DNA of 64,000 nucleotides from a virus. Lineage: Duplodnaviria; Caudoviricetes. The stretch spans positions 21,071-85,070 of the IMG/VR virus record IMGVR_UViG_3300044693_000247, one strand, 5' to 3'. This document shows, in pieces, positions 37,276-46,368 of the stretch (the stretch's first letter is position 1; the number at the start of each line of letters is the position of its first letter). Both the position numbers and the translations under genes were made by a program. A model generated the notes under the pieces. That model had not been told where the DNA came from. It did no database searches and worked only from the letters and a program-made list of their open reading frames with translations.

Positions 37276-37619
37276 AGACCCGCGCCGAGGCAATTCTGGG
37301 GATGGTGAAGGCGCTGCGTAAGATTCGCGACGACCGTGTTGATTGCCTCATGGTCCCTGTCAGTCCGCTGACGTGGTGCCGACAGTGTGGCAATACGGTG
37401 CGCACTCACGCGGACCATGCAGCAGGGTTCCCGTGCGCCATCGCCTCCCAAGCTCTCCGCGACTGGGAAGAGAGCACGCCCCTGGAGCGGGATGCTGGCA
37501 TCGTTTCGGAGGCGGTCCAGGCGGTTTGCGACGGCGTCGCCTACCACCGTGTCGAATCGGGGATAGCGCTGTCCGTGGTTCGCATCGTCGACACCGCCCT
37601 CACGGAGCCCAAGCCATGA
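37272..37619 (+). CDS. Hypothetical protein
   Basis: CRQCG...HA...PC. Confidence 0.55.
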   Translation: MKTRAEAILGMVKALRKIRDDRVDCLMVPVSPLTWCRQCGNTVRTHADHAAGFPCAIASQALRDWEESTPLERDAGIVSEAVQAVCDGVAYHRVESGIALSVVRIVDTALTEPKP

Positions 37620-37795
37620 GCAAGCGCATACCCAGGGACGCGGTCTTGGACGCAGTGGCAGAAGCTCTGGGCGTGGTTAATTGGGGGCGTGGCAATTCAT
37701 TCGCTGGCGCGCTGGAGTATCGCCAGGCCCGTGCCGCAATCCGTGCGTATCTCCGGGCCACGGCGGTGGCCAAGAAGCGGAAGGAGCGAGGGTGA
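37616..37795 (+). CDS. Hypothetical protein
   Basis: ATGA overlap. Confidence 0.45.
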   Translation: MSKRIPRDAVLDAVAEALGVVNWGRGNSFAGALEYRQARAAIRAYLRATAVAKKRKERG

Positions 37796-38253
37796 TGGAC
37801 CACCGAGAGAGGGCGCGCGAGATTGCGTGCGAAATCATCAACCGCAACTGCGACGTGTGTCCCGATGTCGAGCACGCGCCACCATGCAACGCCGCTACCG
37901 CAGCCATCGCCGCCGCGCTAGAAGCGGTGGAGCGAGAGACGCGGTCGGATATCCTACTCATGGGCGAGCCGTTCTCGATGCCTGACGTCGTCGAGAAGCT
38001 CTGCGGAGCCGTCGACCATCTGCTCGGCGCGCACAACTGCGACTCCCACGGCTGGGAGGAGTTGCAAACCGCAGCGTGCGCCGCTAGGGCGTGGCTTCGG
38101 TGGATCAGGGCAGCCGCCCCTCCCGCACCAGTGCCCCGAGAGACGCAGGCGTGTGGTGCATGCCAGGGCAAGGGCAAGCGCCGCAAGATCGTGGCGCGCA
38201 CGCAAATTCACGTCCTGTGCCCGCTGTGTAGAGGAACCGGGAGGAAGCCGTGA
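37795..38253 (+). CDS. Hypothetical protein with C-terminal CxxCxGxG Zn finger
   Basis: CGACQGKG...CPLCRGTG. Confidence 0.6.
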   Translation: MDHRERAREIACEIINRNCDVCPDVEHAPPCNAATAAIAAALEAVERETRSDILLMGEPFSMPDVVEKLCGAVDHLLGAHNCDSHGWEELQTAACAARAWLRWIRAAAPPAPVPRETQACGACQGKGKRRKIVARTQIHVLCPLCRGTGRKP

Positions 38254-38298
38254 CCACGCCCAAGATGCCGAACGCAGAAGACCCAGCAGGAGTTGAGC

Positions 38299-38652
38299 AT
38301 GGCGTCAGCGCTCAGGCTAATTGAAGCCCGCGACCGCCAATGGCAGGAGCAACTCGACGCCGCCAACGAGCGCGCCCTCACCGCAGAGAAGGAGCTGGAC
38401 GAGGCGCGCAAGGAGCGGGACCGGTTATTCGGCGACGTCATGAAGGCGTGCTCGCACTGCCTGAGCCTGGACCGCAAACTCGCCGCAGCCACCGAGAGAG
38501 AGCGGGTGCTCAGGGAGGCGCTGGAGCGGATACGTGACCGGTGGCGCGGGTGTCAGCTGGTCTCGTGCGCAGAAGGCGGCGACCCATGCACATTTCACAT
38601 GTCCGACCGCGCTCTCGCCGCCGCCACCAAAGCCGCCGAGGCGAAGCCATGA
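38299..38652 (+). CDS. Coiled-coil hypothetical protein
   Basis: RBS AGGAG; heptad pattern. Confidence 0.55.
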   Translation: MASALRLIEARDRQWQEQLDAANERALTAEKELDEARKERDRLFGDVMKACSHCLSLDRKLAAATERERVLREALERIRDRWRGCQLVSCAEGGDPCTFHMSDRALAAATKAAEAKP

Positions 38653-38840
38653 GAGTTCCCGACATCGACGTGGTCTCTTGCGACCGGTTACCCGATGACG
38701 AGTTCTACGTGGTGTCCGGAGACCGCATCGTGGCGTGGCGGAATGGCGAGGCAATCAAGCTGGAGGGCGCCGAGAAAGAGCGCGTGCGCCGCTGGCTGAT
38801 CCGAGACGCCGAGGCGAAGCCGGGGAAGGAGACGCCGTAA
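38649..38840 (+). CDS. Hypothetical protein
   Basis: Coupled ORF. Confidence 0.5.
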   Translation: MRVPDIDVVSCDRLPDDEFYVVSGDRIVAWRNGEAIKLEGAEKERVRRWLIRDAEAKPGKETP

Positions 38841-39313
38841 TGCCCGAAATGACGCCCCCGAAACGAATCCGCTGGCGCAACGGGATCTCTCGCGCCGAGG
38901 GGTTGATCGAGCAAGCGATCTGCGAACTGGACCGCGCCCTAGAAGCCAATCCGGAGTCGGCCCACCAACCCGGAGAATCGAAGCAGTCCGAGTGTGACGC
39001 CCTTGCCGCTGAGTGCACGCGGGAGGCGATCGGGACCTTGCGGGGCGCGATCGCGCTGCTGGCGAGCGCCGGGGACCACGAGAACTGGGAGCGCCGCAAG
39101 GACATCCGGAACGCGGAGTTCGCCACCGTGCAGGCGTTTCGAATCGCCTGCCCGAATCCGGAATGCCGGGCCGAGGTCGACAAGCCGTGCGCCGAGCACC
39201 CGATCGTGTGCGCGGTGCGGATCAAAGCCGCGCGCGCCGAGGCCGACAGGGCTCGCGAGGAGATGCGGGCAATTGCATGGGGCGGCCGCCGGCCGAAGAT
39301 GGACACCGAATGA
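38840..39313 (+). CDS. Hypothetical protein (paralogue of 27812..28255)
   Basis: ESKQSECDALAA...AFRIAC...C...C..HPIVC. Confidence 0.7.
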   Translation: MPEMTPPKRIRWRNGISRAEGLIEQAICELDRALEANPESAHQPGESKQSECDALAAECTREAIGTLRGAIALLASAGDHENWERRKDIRNAEFATVQAFRIACPNPECRAEVDKPCAEHPIVCAVRIKAARAEADRAREEMRAIAWGGRRPKMDTE

Positions 39314-40206
39314 CGCCCGCGTTCTCCGCCCCCGCCCGTCTCGCCCGCAAGGCTCGGATCATGTCCGTGGCCCCGTCGGACACCCTCGCCGCCTACCTGC
39401 GCAGCATCAAGCGCTACCCGCTGTTGAGCCGTGAGGAGGAGCGCGAGCTGACCACCCGCTACGCCGAGACCCGGGACCAGAAGATCGCCGACAGGCTCGT
39501 CAACGCCAACCTCCGCCTCGTGGTCACGATCGTCGGAGAGCGTAACCGGAACCGCGAGGACATCCTGGACTTGATCCAGGAGGGCAACCTCGGACTCTAT
39601 CACGCGGTCCGCAAGTTCGACCCGACCGTGGGTGCCAAGCTGAGCGTCTACGCCGTGCCTTGGATCCGGGCCTACGTGATGCGGTACTCGATGGAGAACC
39701 ACCGCCTCATCCGGATCGGCACCACGAAGTGGCAGCGGGACGTCTTCTTCAACGCGAAGAAGGTCCGAGCGAAGACCGACGGCGACGAGGCCGTGGCCGC
39801 CGAGCTCGGCGTCACCGTGGAGCAGTTGCAGGATGCGGAGCAGAGGCTCGGAGCTTCCGAGGTGTCGATGTCGACCCGGGTGCTCGGCGAGGAGGAGGAC
39901 GAACGGACGCTGGGCGACCGCCTGGCCGACGCCGACGGCCGGCGCCCTGATCGGCTCGCCGAGCGCAGGGAGCGCGACCGCATCGTGCGCCAGGTGGTCG
40001 CGGAGCTGTTCGGAGCTTCGAGCCCGCGTGACCGCGAGGTGATCCGAAAGCGCCTGCTGTCCGAGGACCCGCCGACGTTGCAGGAGATCGGGGACGGCTG
40101 GGGCACCTCGAGAGAGCGCGTGCGCCAGGTCGAGGCCCGTCTCGTGAAGCGGCTACGCGCGCACCTCAAGGCGGCGCTCGGGGACGCGGTGTCGGAGGCG
40201 GCGTGA
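39310..40206 (+). CDS. RpoH-like sigma70-family RNA polymerase sigma factor
   Basis: YL..I..YPLLSREEE (1.2), NLRLVV (2.1), DLIQEGNLGL.HAV.KFDP (2.2), RpoH-box-like IGTTKWQRDVFFN, TLQEIG..WG.SRERVRQVE (4.2). Confidence 0.93.
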   Translation: MTPAFSAPARLARKARIMSVAPSDTLAAYLRSIKRYPLLSREEERELTTRYAETRDQKIADRLVNANLRLVVTIVGERNRNREDILDLIQEGNLGLYHAVRKFDPTVGAKLSVYAVPWIRAYVMRYSMENHRLIRIGTTKWQRDVFFNAKKVRAKTDGDEAVAAELGVTVEQLQDAEQRLGASEVSMSTRVLGEEEDERTLGDRLADADGRRPDRLAERRERDRIVRQVVAELFGASSPRDREVIRKRLLSEDPPTLQEIGDGWGTSRERVRQVEARLVKRLRAHLKAALGDAVSEAA

Positions 40207-40323
40207 TCCGATCCTGACAGCGCGCTCGGCGCCGGCCGGACCAACCACACCGCTCAGACGTTAGGGGGACGACTGACGATGCAGACCATAGCGAAGGGGA
40301 AGGGTGCGCCCGCGGCGCGGGGC

Positions 40324-40509
40324 CTACGTGATCTTGATTCCGTCGGCCTGAACGGCCCGGAACACCACGCGCCGGACGTAGCTGGACACGTCGGTCCTGT
40401 GCAGCTTGGCGGCCTCCTCGATCGCCACGCGCTCGCCAGCCGTCACCCGCACGCGGAGGTACTCCTCCCGCTTCGGGACCAGGCGTTTGCGCTTCCGGGG
40501 CCGCTTCAC
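40324..40509 (-). CDS. MobC-like ribbon-helix-helix protein
   Basis: REEYLRVRVTAGERVAIEEAAKLH..DVSSYVRR. Confidence 0.8.
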   Translation of the reverse strand: MKRPRKRKRLVPKREEYLRVRVTAGERVAIEEAAKLHRTDVSSYVRRVVFRAVQADGIKIT

Positions 40510-40548
40510 GCCGCGAGGCTACGGCTCGCGCCTGATGCCTCCAAAATC

Positions 40549-40720
40549 GCACCCCGGTTTGTACCCCGGGCGTACCCCACGTCTGATTACGACGCAGCGC
40601 GTGTATTGTACAAGAGCGAATTGGATCACCCGAAACGATCAATTCGCGCCAGATTTGGCGCATTCGGCGAACGGCGCGCTGCGATTCCGAAATTGCGCCC
40701 TAGGTTTGTAACCTAGAACC
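40549..40720. other. Candidate attP/recombination control region
   Basis: Lower-GC non-coding DNA upstream of integrase; G(C/T)ACCCC direct repeats at 40549, 40561, 40572; inverted repeats incl. CTAGGTT-TGT-AACCTAG. Confidence 0.4.
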
Positions 40721-40766
40721 CGCTTCCAAGGGGCTTATTTGTCGCTGAAAATCAACGACCCTCCCG

Positions 40767-42026
40767 ATGTCGGCGCCCCCGGAGGTAGAGGATCTCCGCG
40801 CAAGCGTGACGACGCTGACGGCCGAAGCCGTCGAGCTGCGGCGAAGGGTGCGGGAGCTCGAGGGGCAGGCTGCAGATCGCAATGCGGCGATCGCGGAACG
40901 CGATGCGCAAATCGCTGCCAAAGACGCCATCATCGTCGAGCGGGACCGGACGATCTGTGACCAGGCCAGGGCCCTCGAACGGGTGACGTCGGAGCTGAGA
41001 TGGCACGGCCTCGACGACGAGGCGCTCAAGATCGCGGAGGGCTATGCCTGGTACGAAAAGACGCGCCGGCACCACCACTCCTGGCCGATCTATCGGCGGC
41101 TGCTGGCCCCGCTGGTGCGTCGCCTCGGTCAGCTCGCATGCCTGCGTCTCGACGCCGAGGCGTGGTCGGACCACCGCTGCGCCAGGCTCGAGGAAAAGGT
41201 CGGGCGCTGGAGCGATCGCAAGCCGACGGAGACGCAACTCGATCACGAGCTGGGAGCCGCGAAGTCCATGATGAACTGGCTCGTGCGCGGCGGAAAGCTG
41301 CCCCGCAATCCGCTGGCCGCGACCGAGAAGGTCGGCGTCCCGCGCCGGCGCGAGACCCGGCTGTCACGTGCGGACGTCGATCGGATCCTGACCTACGCCG
41401 ACACGCTGGCGCTCGACGGTCACGGCCACCGTGACGATCGCCGCCCGCTTCTCTTCCGGGCCTTCTACCTGGCGCTGTATCGAACAGGGTGCCGCTTCGA
41501 GGAGATCCACTCCCTGTCGCGGGCGTGGTTCGTCGACGACGATACCGTCGACATACCAAGACGAGTGACGAAGGCGAAGCGGAAGCGAGAGCCGCGGATC
41601 GTGACCTTCGAACCGGAGACCCTGGCGGCGCTGCGCGCGATCCCGCAGCTCGGCGAGGACCCGCGCGTGTTCACCGTCTCGCGGAAGAAAAATGGGATCG
41701 CGCTCGTCACCGACGAGACGCTACGCGACTGGTGGCGGAAGGTGTGCGCCAAGGCCGGAGTAGCCGCGAAGGCGGCACTGGGCGAAAAGGTGGTACCGCA
41801 CAACCTAAGGCACGCATTCGCCAGCGACGCTGAGGATGCTGGAGCGCACCCGCGAGAGATCCAGCACGGCATGGACCACGCCAGCCTGACCACCACGGAG
41901 TTGTACCTCCACCGCCGTCCGGCGCAGCGAGCACGGCTCTTGGCCGAGACGATGGGCCGACGACCAGCGCAGCGATCTCCGACGGAGAAATCAAAAATCG
42001 AGCAACCTGCGCACGAAAGTTCTTGA
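40767..42026 (+). CDS. int: Tyrosine recombinase/integrase with N-terminal coiled coil
   Basis: TGCRFEEI (catalytic R), TKAK (K), HNLRHAFAS (HxxR), MDHASLTTTELY (H/Y). Confidence 0.93.
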   Translation: MSAPPEVEDLRASVTTLTAEAVELRRRVRELEGQAADRNAAIAERDAQIAAKDAIIVERDRTICDQARALERVTSELRWHGLDDEALKIAEGYAWYEKTRRHHHSWPIYRRLLAPLVRRLGQLACLRLDAEAWSDHRCARLEEKVGRWSDRKPTETQLDHELGAAKSMMNWLVRGGKLPRNPLAATEKVGVPRRRETRLSRADVDRILTYADTLALDGHGHRDDRRPLLFRAFYLALYRTGCRFEEIHSLSRAWFVDDDTVDIPRRVTKAKRKREPRIVTFEPETLAALRAIPQLGEDPRVFTVSRKKNGIALVTDETLRDWWRKVCAKAGVAAKAALGEKVVPHNLRHAFASDAEDAGAHPREIQHGMDHASLTTTELYLHRRPAQRARLLAETMGRRPAQRSPTEKSKIEQPAHESS

Positions 42027-42053
42027 CTGCAAGCACATGCGGAGCGAAACACA

Positions 42054-42132
42054 TGGTACCCCCCACGTGAAAACCCCGCTCGACAGCCGCGAGCTCCCGA
42101 CTAGTTCCGTTCCAGCCGACCGCGTGGGGGGC
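42054..42132 (-). ncRNA. tRNA-like three-way-junction RNA ending in ACCA (not a canonical tRNA)
   Basis: GCCCCCCACG/CGTGGGGGGT-ACCA closing stem, CGGCTGG/CTAGTCG arm, GCTCG/CGAGC arm; G.U pairs favour the minus strand. Confidence 0.35.
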
Positions 42133-42275
42133 CATGACGGCAAGCAGAACGCTGCTCGCCGGGAGCTTGGGGCCTTCGAGCTGTAGCCTGAGGTTGCGAT
42201 GAAATCTGCCAGACGTCCCAGTTTTCGCAGATCACGAGGGCGGAATCGTAGCACCTGCCCATCCCCGGTGCAGGG

Positions 42276-42683
42276 GTGACCGCCCCCGTCGACCCCTCCA
42301 CCCTCCCCGCCTCCGAGCGGGCGAGGATCGTGGGTGAGAGGATCAGGGAGGCGGTAGCGCGAGGGGAACTCCGCCTGGAGCACGGCGGGTACCTCTACGA
42401 AGACGTCCGGCAGCCGGATGTCTGCATGGGCTGTGCGATAGGCGCCGCTGCACGAGTTCTCGGGAACCTGCGCGAGTGCAATAGCAGCAAGGCGTGTCGG
42501 GCGGCGGTATGCGGATCCGGTCTTGTGACCGAGCAGGAGGCCATCGAACTCGAGTGCGGATTCGAGGGCTGGCACGGGATGTACCCCGAGCCCGCCAACC
42601 TGTCCGTCGAGATGACGGAGGCCGATACGTCCAGCCCCTTCTACCTGCTCGGTGCCGCCCTTCGCGCGGAGGCCCGACTGTGA
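42276..42683 (+). CDS. Hypothetical protein
   Basis: CMGCAIGAA...ECGFEG motif. Confidence 0.65.
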   Translation: MTAPVDPSTLPASERARIVGERIREAVARGELRLEHGGYLYEDVRQPDVCMGCAIGAAARVLGNLRECNSSKACRAAVCGSGLVTEQEAIELECGFEGWHGMYPEPANLSVEMTEADTSSPFYLLGAALRAEARL

Positions 42684-43051
42684 CGGCTCTCGCGCAAACC
42701 CTCGACCCCGAGGAGATCCGAGCCGCAATCGCCGAGGTGAAGGCGGACGGGTGGTCGGTGGAGCGGGGCTGGTGGGCCGGGATCTACCGCGGCGAACGGA
42801 AGTGCTGCCCCGTCGGAGCTGCGGTCATCGTTCGGGCGAAGCGGGACGGCCGTGCAATTCCCGGCGCCGTTCTGGATTCGGATCACGCCGCACGTCTGCT
42901 CGGCGTCGACAAGGAGTTCCTTCAGGGATTCGCCGACGGCTTCGACAACGACGCCCCGGAGCCGGAGGAGGGTACGGCTGACGTGTACGCGGCCGGGTAC
43001 GCCATGGGCGAGTCCATCTGGCGCGAGCTGAATCCGGAGGCGGGATCGTGA
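42680..43051 (+). CDS. Hypothetical protein (related to 42276..42683)
   Basis: CCPVGAA...LLGV...GFADGFD. Confidence 0.65.
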   Translation: MTALAQTLDPEEIRAAIAEVKADGWSVERGWWAGIYRGERKCCPVGAAVIVRAKRDGRAIPGAVLDSDHAARLLGVDKEFLQGFADGFDNDAPEPEEGTADVYAAGYAMGESIWRELNPEAGS

Positions 43052-43431
43052 TCGGCCGCCGCAAATTCTCGCCCCCGCTCCGCACCTCGTCGTCGGCAAT
43101 GGTGCCGTCGTGGGACCTCCTTTCTGCGCGGAGCGGGGGCTCTTTCCCGTCGACATGGGAGCGCGCCGCGCGGTGGTTCACGCTGGCGGTGGTGTTTCTG
43201 TTGGCGTCGGCGGTGACGGGGTGCGAACTGCCGGTGACGAACGAGCAAGCGCGCGAAACCGTGAACGCGCACATGGCTTACGCCAGAGACGACAGGACAG
43301 GGCTCTCCTTCGCGTTCATGAGTCGCGGAGTCGGCAACGCGCAGATCGGAAGCCTCACCAACGTTCCGTGCTCCGCGCAGGTGTTGAGCCTGATTTCGGA
43401 CGGCGGAGTGGCATCGAGAGGTGGTCAATGA
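43048..43431 (+). CDS. Putative lipoprotein
   Basis: FTLAVVFLLASAVTGC lipobox; start uncertain. Confidence 0.6.
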   Translation: MIGRRKFSPPLRTSSSAMVPSWDLLSARSGGSFPSTWERAARWFTLAVVFLLASAVTGCELPVTNEQARETVNAHMAYARDDRTGLSFAFMSRGVGNAQIGSLTNVPCSAQVLSLISDGGVASRGGQ

Positions 43432-44270
43432 GCGATCTCGCGTTCCCAAAGCCCGTCCGCGCGAAGCTCGCGCTGAAGGACGGCCAACACCGCCGCAAGC
43501 CAATCCAGCCCTCGAAGTGGCAGCGCACCCCGGCGAAGTCGGCCGCACCGAAGGCCCGCGGCTCGGCCAAGCGCATCGCCCGCACGCCACACGCAGGCGA
43601 CAACCCCGCCCGCGTCGCCTGGCTGCACACGCAGCCGTGCGCTGGCCGCGTCCTCACGGGTCACGTGTGCTCGGGGCCGATGACGGTCAACCACGAGCGC
43701 GTGGACGTGGGCGTGGGCCAGCGGGCCTCGGACAACCGCACGCACGCGGCCTGCCTCGGCCTGCACGTCACCGGCGACGGAATGGCCAACCTCGCCGGCC
43801 CGATGACGGGATGGACGCGCGAGGACCTGCGGCGGTTCGTGGCGGGTGCGATCGCGGACGCCGATCGTCGCTGGGCGAGCTACTCCGCGTTCGCGGCGGC
43901 GCTGCCGTGCTGCGCCTCGCACCTCGGGGACTGCTCCGGCGACGTCTCCGCGACGGTGGCCGGGTTCCCGATGTGCTCCGGCCACGGTGAGGACTGGCTC
44001 CGGCGCTGCGGCGTCTTCGCGGGCTGGCGCAACCCGGAGCGCTTCGCCTGGGCGGACGAGCGCCTCGTGTGGGCGGCGAAGGCGTGGCGCGATGGGCGCG
44101 TTCCGAACGAGGCGCCGGTTGGAGCCGAGGAGCGCCTGCGCAACCTCAAGCTGTCCCGGGAGTATTGCGAGGCGGACAGCTCGTGCCGGGATGTGTGCGT
44201 GCACGAGAGGGCGCGGGCGTGGCTGCGGCGGTTTGGGGGCGTGGCGAGGAGGGCGGGGCACAGTGGGTAA
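43428..44270 (+). CDS. DUF968/HNH-like Zn-binding protein
   Basis: WLHTQPC...VCSG...NH.....QRASD..T...C..LH. Confidence 0.55.
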   Translation: MSDLAFPKPVRAKLALKDGQHRRKPIQPSKWQRTPAKSAAPKARGSAKRIARTPHAGDNPARVAWLHTQPCAGRVLTGHVCSGPMTVNHERVDVGVGQRASDNRTHAACLGLHVTGDGMANLAGPMTGWTREDLRRFVAGAIADADRRWASYSAFAAALPCCASHLGDCSGDVSATVAGFPMCSGHGEDWLRRCGVFAGWRNPERFAWADERLVWAAKAWRDGRVPNEAPVGAEERLRNLKLSREYCEADSSCRDVCVHERARAWLRRFGGVARRAGHSG

Positions 44271-44862
44271 AGCGCAGTCTGGTGACCGCAATCCGTTCTG
44301 GAAAGGCGGTCGCGTCATAGCCTCGAACGGATACGTCCTCATCCGCGTCGGAAAGGATCATCACCTAGCCGACGTGCGGGGCTACGCATACGAACATCGC
44401 GTCGTCGCTGAGCAGAAGATAGGCAGGCGCCTGGCCGCCGGAGAGCAGGTTCACCACGTCGACGGGAACCCGCTGAACAATGACCCCTCCAATCTGGAGG
44501 TGATGGGAAACATCGCGGAGCACATGCTCGAACACCGAGCCCCAGGCGGAATAGCGCTTCGCATGCCCGGCGAGCCAAATCGAGCGATCCTGTGCGGCTG
44601 CGGCTGCGGGACGGAATTTCCGATGTTCGACGACAGCGGGCGTCCGCGACTGTTTGTCGCCGGTCACAACTCAGGTCAGTCCGGCGAATCTGAAGCCGAG
44701 GTGATACGAGCGCTAGCCCAGGGCCCACTCCATCGCGAGGACATCGCAAGGATAACCGGCCGTGACGTGCACGTCATTGCCTCCAGGCTCACGAAGCTGA
44801 AACACAAGGGGATCGCGGTCAACGACAAGGGACAGTGGCGCATCGGAAAGGCCGCTTCATGA
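44263..44862 (+). CDS. HNH endonuclease
   Basis: NPFWKGG...GYV...YEHRVVAE..IGR.L...EQVHHVDGNPLNNDPSNL; CGCGCG motif. Confidence 0.9.
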   Translation: MGKAQSGDRNPFWKGGRVIASNGYVLIRVGKDHHLADVRGYAYEHRVVAEQKIGRRLAAGEQVHHVDGNPLNNDPSNLEVMGNIAEHMLEHRAPGGIALRMPGEPNRAILCGCGCGTEFPMFDDSGRPRLFVAGHNSGQSGESEAEVIRALAQGPLHREDIARITGRDVHVIASRLTKLKHKGIAVNDKGQWRIGKAAS

Positions 44863-45821
44863 GCGACAAGTCCACAATCGAGTGGACGGACGCGACCTGG
44901 AATCCCGTCCGCGGATGCACGCGCATAAGCCCAGGCTGCGGTGGCGCTTCCGGCGTCGGCGGCTGCTACGCCGAGGTGATGGCGGCCCGCTTCTCCGATC
45001 CGGGCTACTGGGGACACGGCTTCGCGCGCCGCGGTCAGAACGGTGGCCGGTGGACGGGGAAGGTTGCGCTGATTCCCGAGAAGCTGGAACTGCCGATCCG
45101 GTGGAAAAAGGGCCGGCGCATCTTCGTGAATTCCACCTCTGATCTTTTCCACGAGAAGCTGGCCAACGAAGAGATCGCGGCCGTCTTCGGCGTGATGGCC
45201 GCCTGCCACCAGCACACGTTCCAAGTGCTCACGAAGCGAGCGGAGCGGTTACCGCAGTGGTTCGCGTGGTTCGAGGACTACGCCTCATCTAAGGATGGAT
45301 TCGGCCACGTCGTAGAACACCAACGGTGCCTGTTTGCGATCCGTCATTTGGCGTATCAGAAGATGGTACCGGACAACAATCGCAAGTTCACGCTTGGCTG
45401 CGCCGAGCGCTGGCCACTGCCCAACGTTCACGTCGGCGTGTCGGTCGAGAGCGCCGACTACAAGTTCCGGATCGATCACCTCCGCGCCATCCCGGCGGCG
45501 GCCCGGTTTGTATCGTACGAGCCAGCGCTCGGACCACTCGGCCCGCTCAACCTCGACGGCATCGCCCAGGTCATCATGGGCGGAGAGAGCGGGCCCGGCG
45601 CGCGTCCCTGCAACGTCGAATGGCTGCGCAGCGCGGTCGCTGAGTGCAGGCGCGCTGGCGTTGCCGTGTTCGTCAAGCAGCTCGGCGCCTACCCGGTCGA
45701 CAACAGCCGCCGGTCAAGCTTCACGATCGGAACCGACCACGTCCACATGACCCATAGCCGCAAGGGCGGCGATCCTGACGAGTGGCCCGAGGACCTCCGC
45801 GTGCGGGAGTTCCCCCGATGA
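44859..45821 (+). CDS. Phage Gp37/Gp68 (DUF5131) protein
   Basis: STIEWTDATWNPVRGCTRISPGC...CYAE, IFVNSTSDLFHE, HTFQVLTKR, FVSYEPALG, GGESGPGARP, VFVKQLG. Confidence 0.95.
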   Translation: MSDKSTIEWTDATWNPVRGCTRISPGCGGASGVGGCYAEVMAARFSDPGYWGHGFARRGQNGGRWTGKVALIPEKLELPIRWKKGRRIFVNSTSDLFHEKLANEEIAAVFGVMAACHQHTFQVLTKRAERLPQWFAWFEDYASSKDGFGHVVEHQRCLFAIRHLAYQKMVPDNNRKFTLGCAERWPLPNVHVGVSVESADYKFRIDHLRAIPAAARFVSYEPALGPLGPLNLDGIAQVIMGGESGPGARPCNVEWLRSAVAECRRAGVAVFVKQLGAYPVDNSRRSSFTIGTDHVHMTHSRKGGDPDEWPEDLRVREFPR

Positions 45822-46180
45822 GCCTCATTCGCCGCCTCCGCAATCTGATCCGCACCGCGGCCCCCGACGCCGCCGAGTCACCGCCCGCCCTCGAAACGAA
45901 GCGCGCCATCGTCCGCGAAGGCGAAGACCTCCTGCGCGAGATGCTGGCGATCAGGGTCCAGCAGAGCATCGAGCCCCCGATCCACGTCGTGGCTGTAGAC
46001 GTGATCGAGACCTGCTGCGCTGACCATCGCGCCGTCAGCGTCCGGTGCGTCGACTGCTGTCGATCTGGAGTGTGGGACGGGATCACGATGGCGCTGGCGG
46101 ACCTCGATCGGTGGTCGGCGATCGAGCATGTGGCGCGGGGGCGGGCGAGCAACCGGGCGGAAGAGAGGCGTCCGTCGTGA
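45818..46180 (+). CDS. Hypothetical protein
   Basis: ATGA overlap. Confidence 0.55.
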   Translation: MSLIRRLRNLIRTAAPDAAESPPALETKRAIVREGEDLLREMLAIRVQQSIEPPIHVVAVDVIETCCADHRAVSVRCVDCCRSGVWDGITMALADLDRWSAIEHVARGRASNRAEERRPS

Positions 46181-46368
46181 CCGCATCCGCAATCGCCAAC
46201 GGCGACGACACCGCTTTCGTAGACCTGTCCACTCCGCCGCGAACACTGGCCGATGCCCTGGCCATCGAGAGGCACGGCCACCGCCATGTCGAGTTCGTTG
46301 ACGGTATCCCGGTTCTCATCGAAGGGCCGCCCCGGTTCCCGATTCCTCCGTCGAGGATCGTTCGATGA
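46177..46368 (+). CDS. Hypothetical protein
   Basis: GTGA overlap. Confidence 0.45.
   Translation: MTASAIANGDDTAFVDLSTPPRTLADALAIERHGHRHVEFVDGIPVLIEGPPRFPIPPSRIVR

Noticed and set aside
42054-42132. Canonical tRNA gene
   Set aside because: No D-loop GG, no TTCRA T-loop, no U33; kept only as a tRNA-like finding
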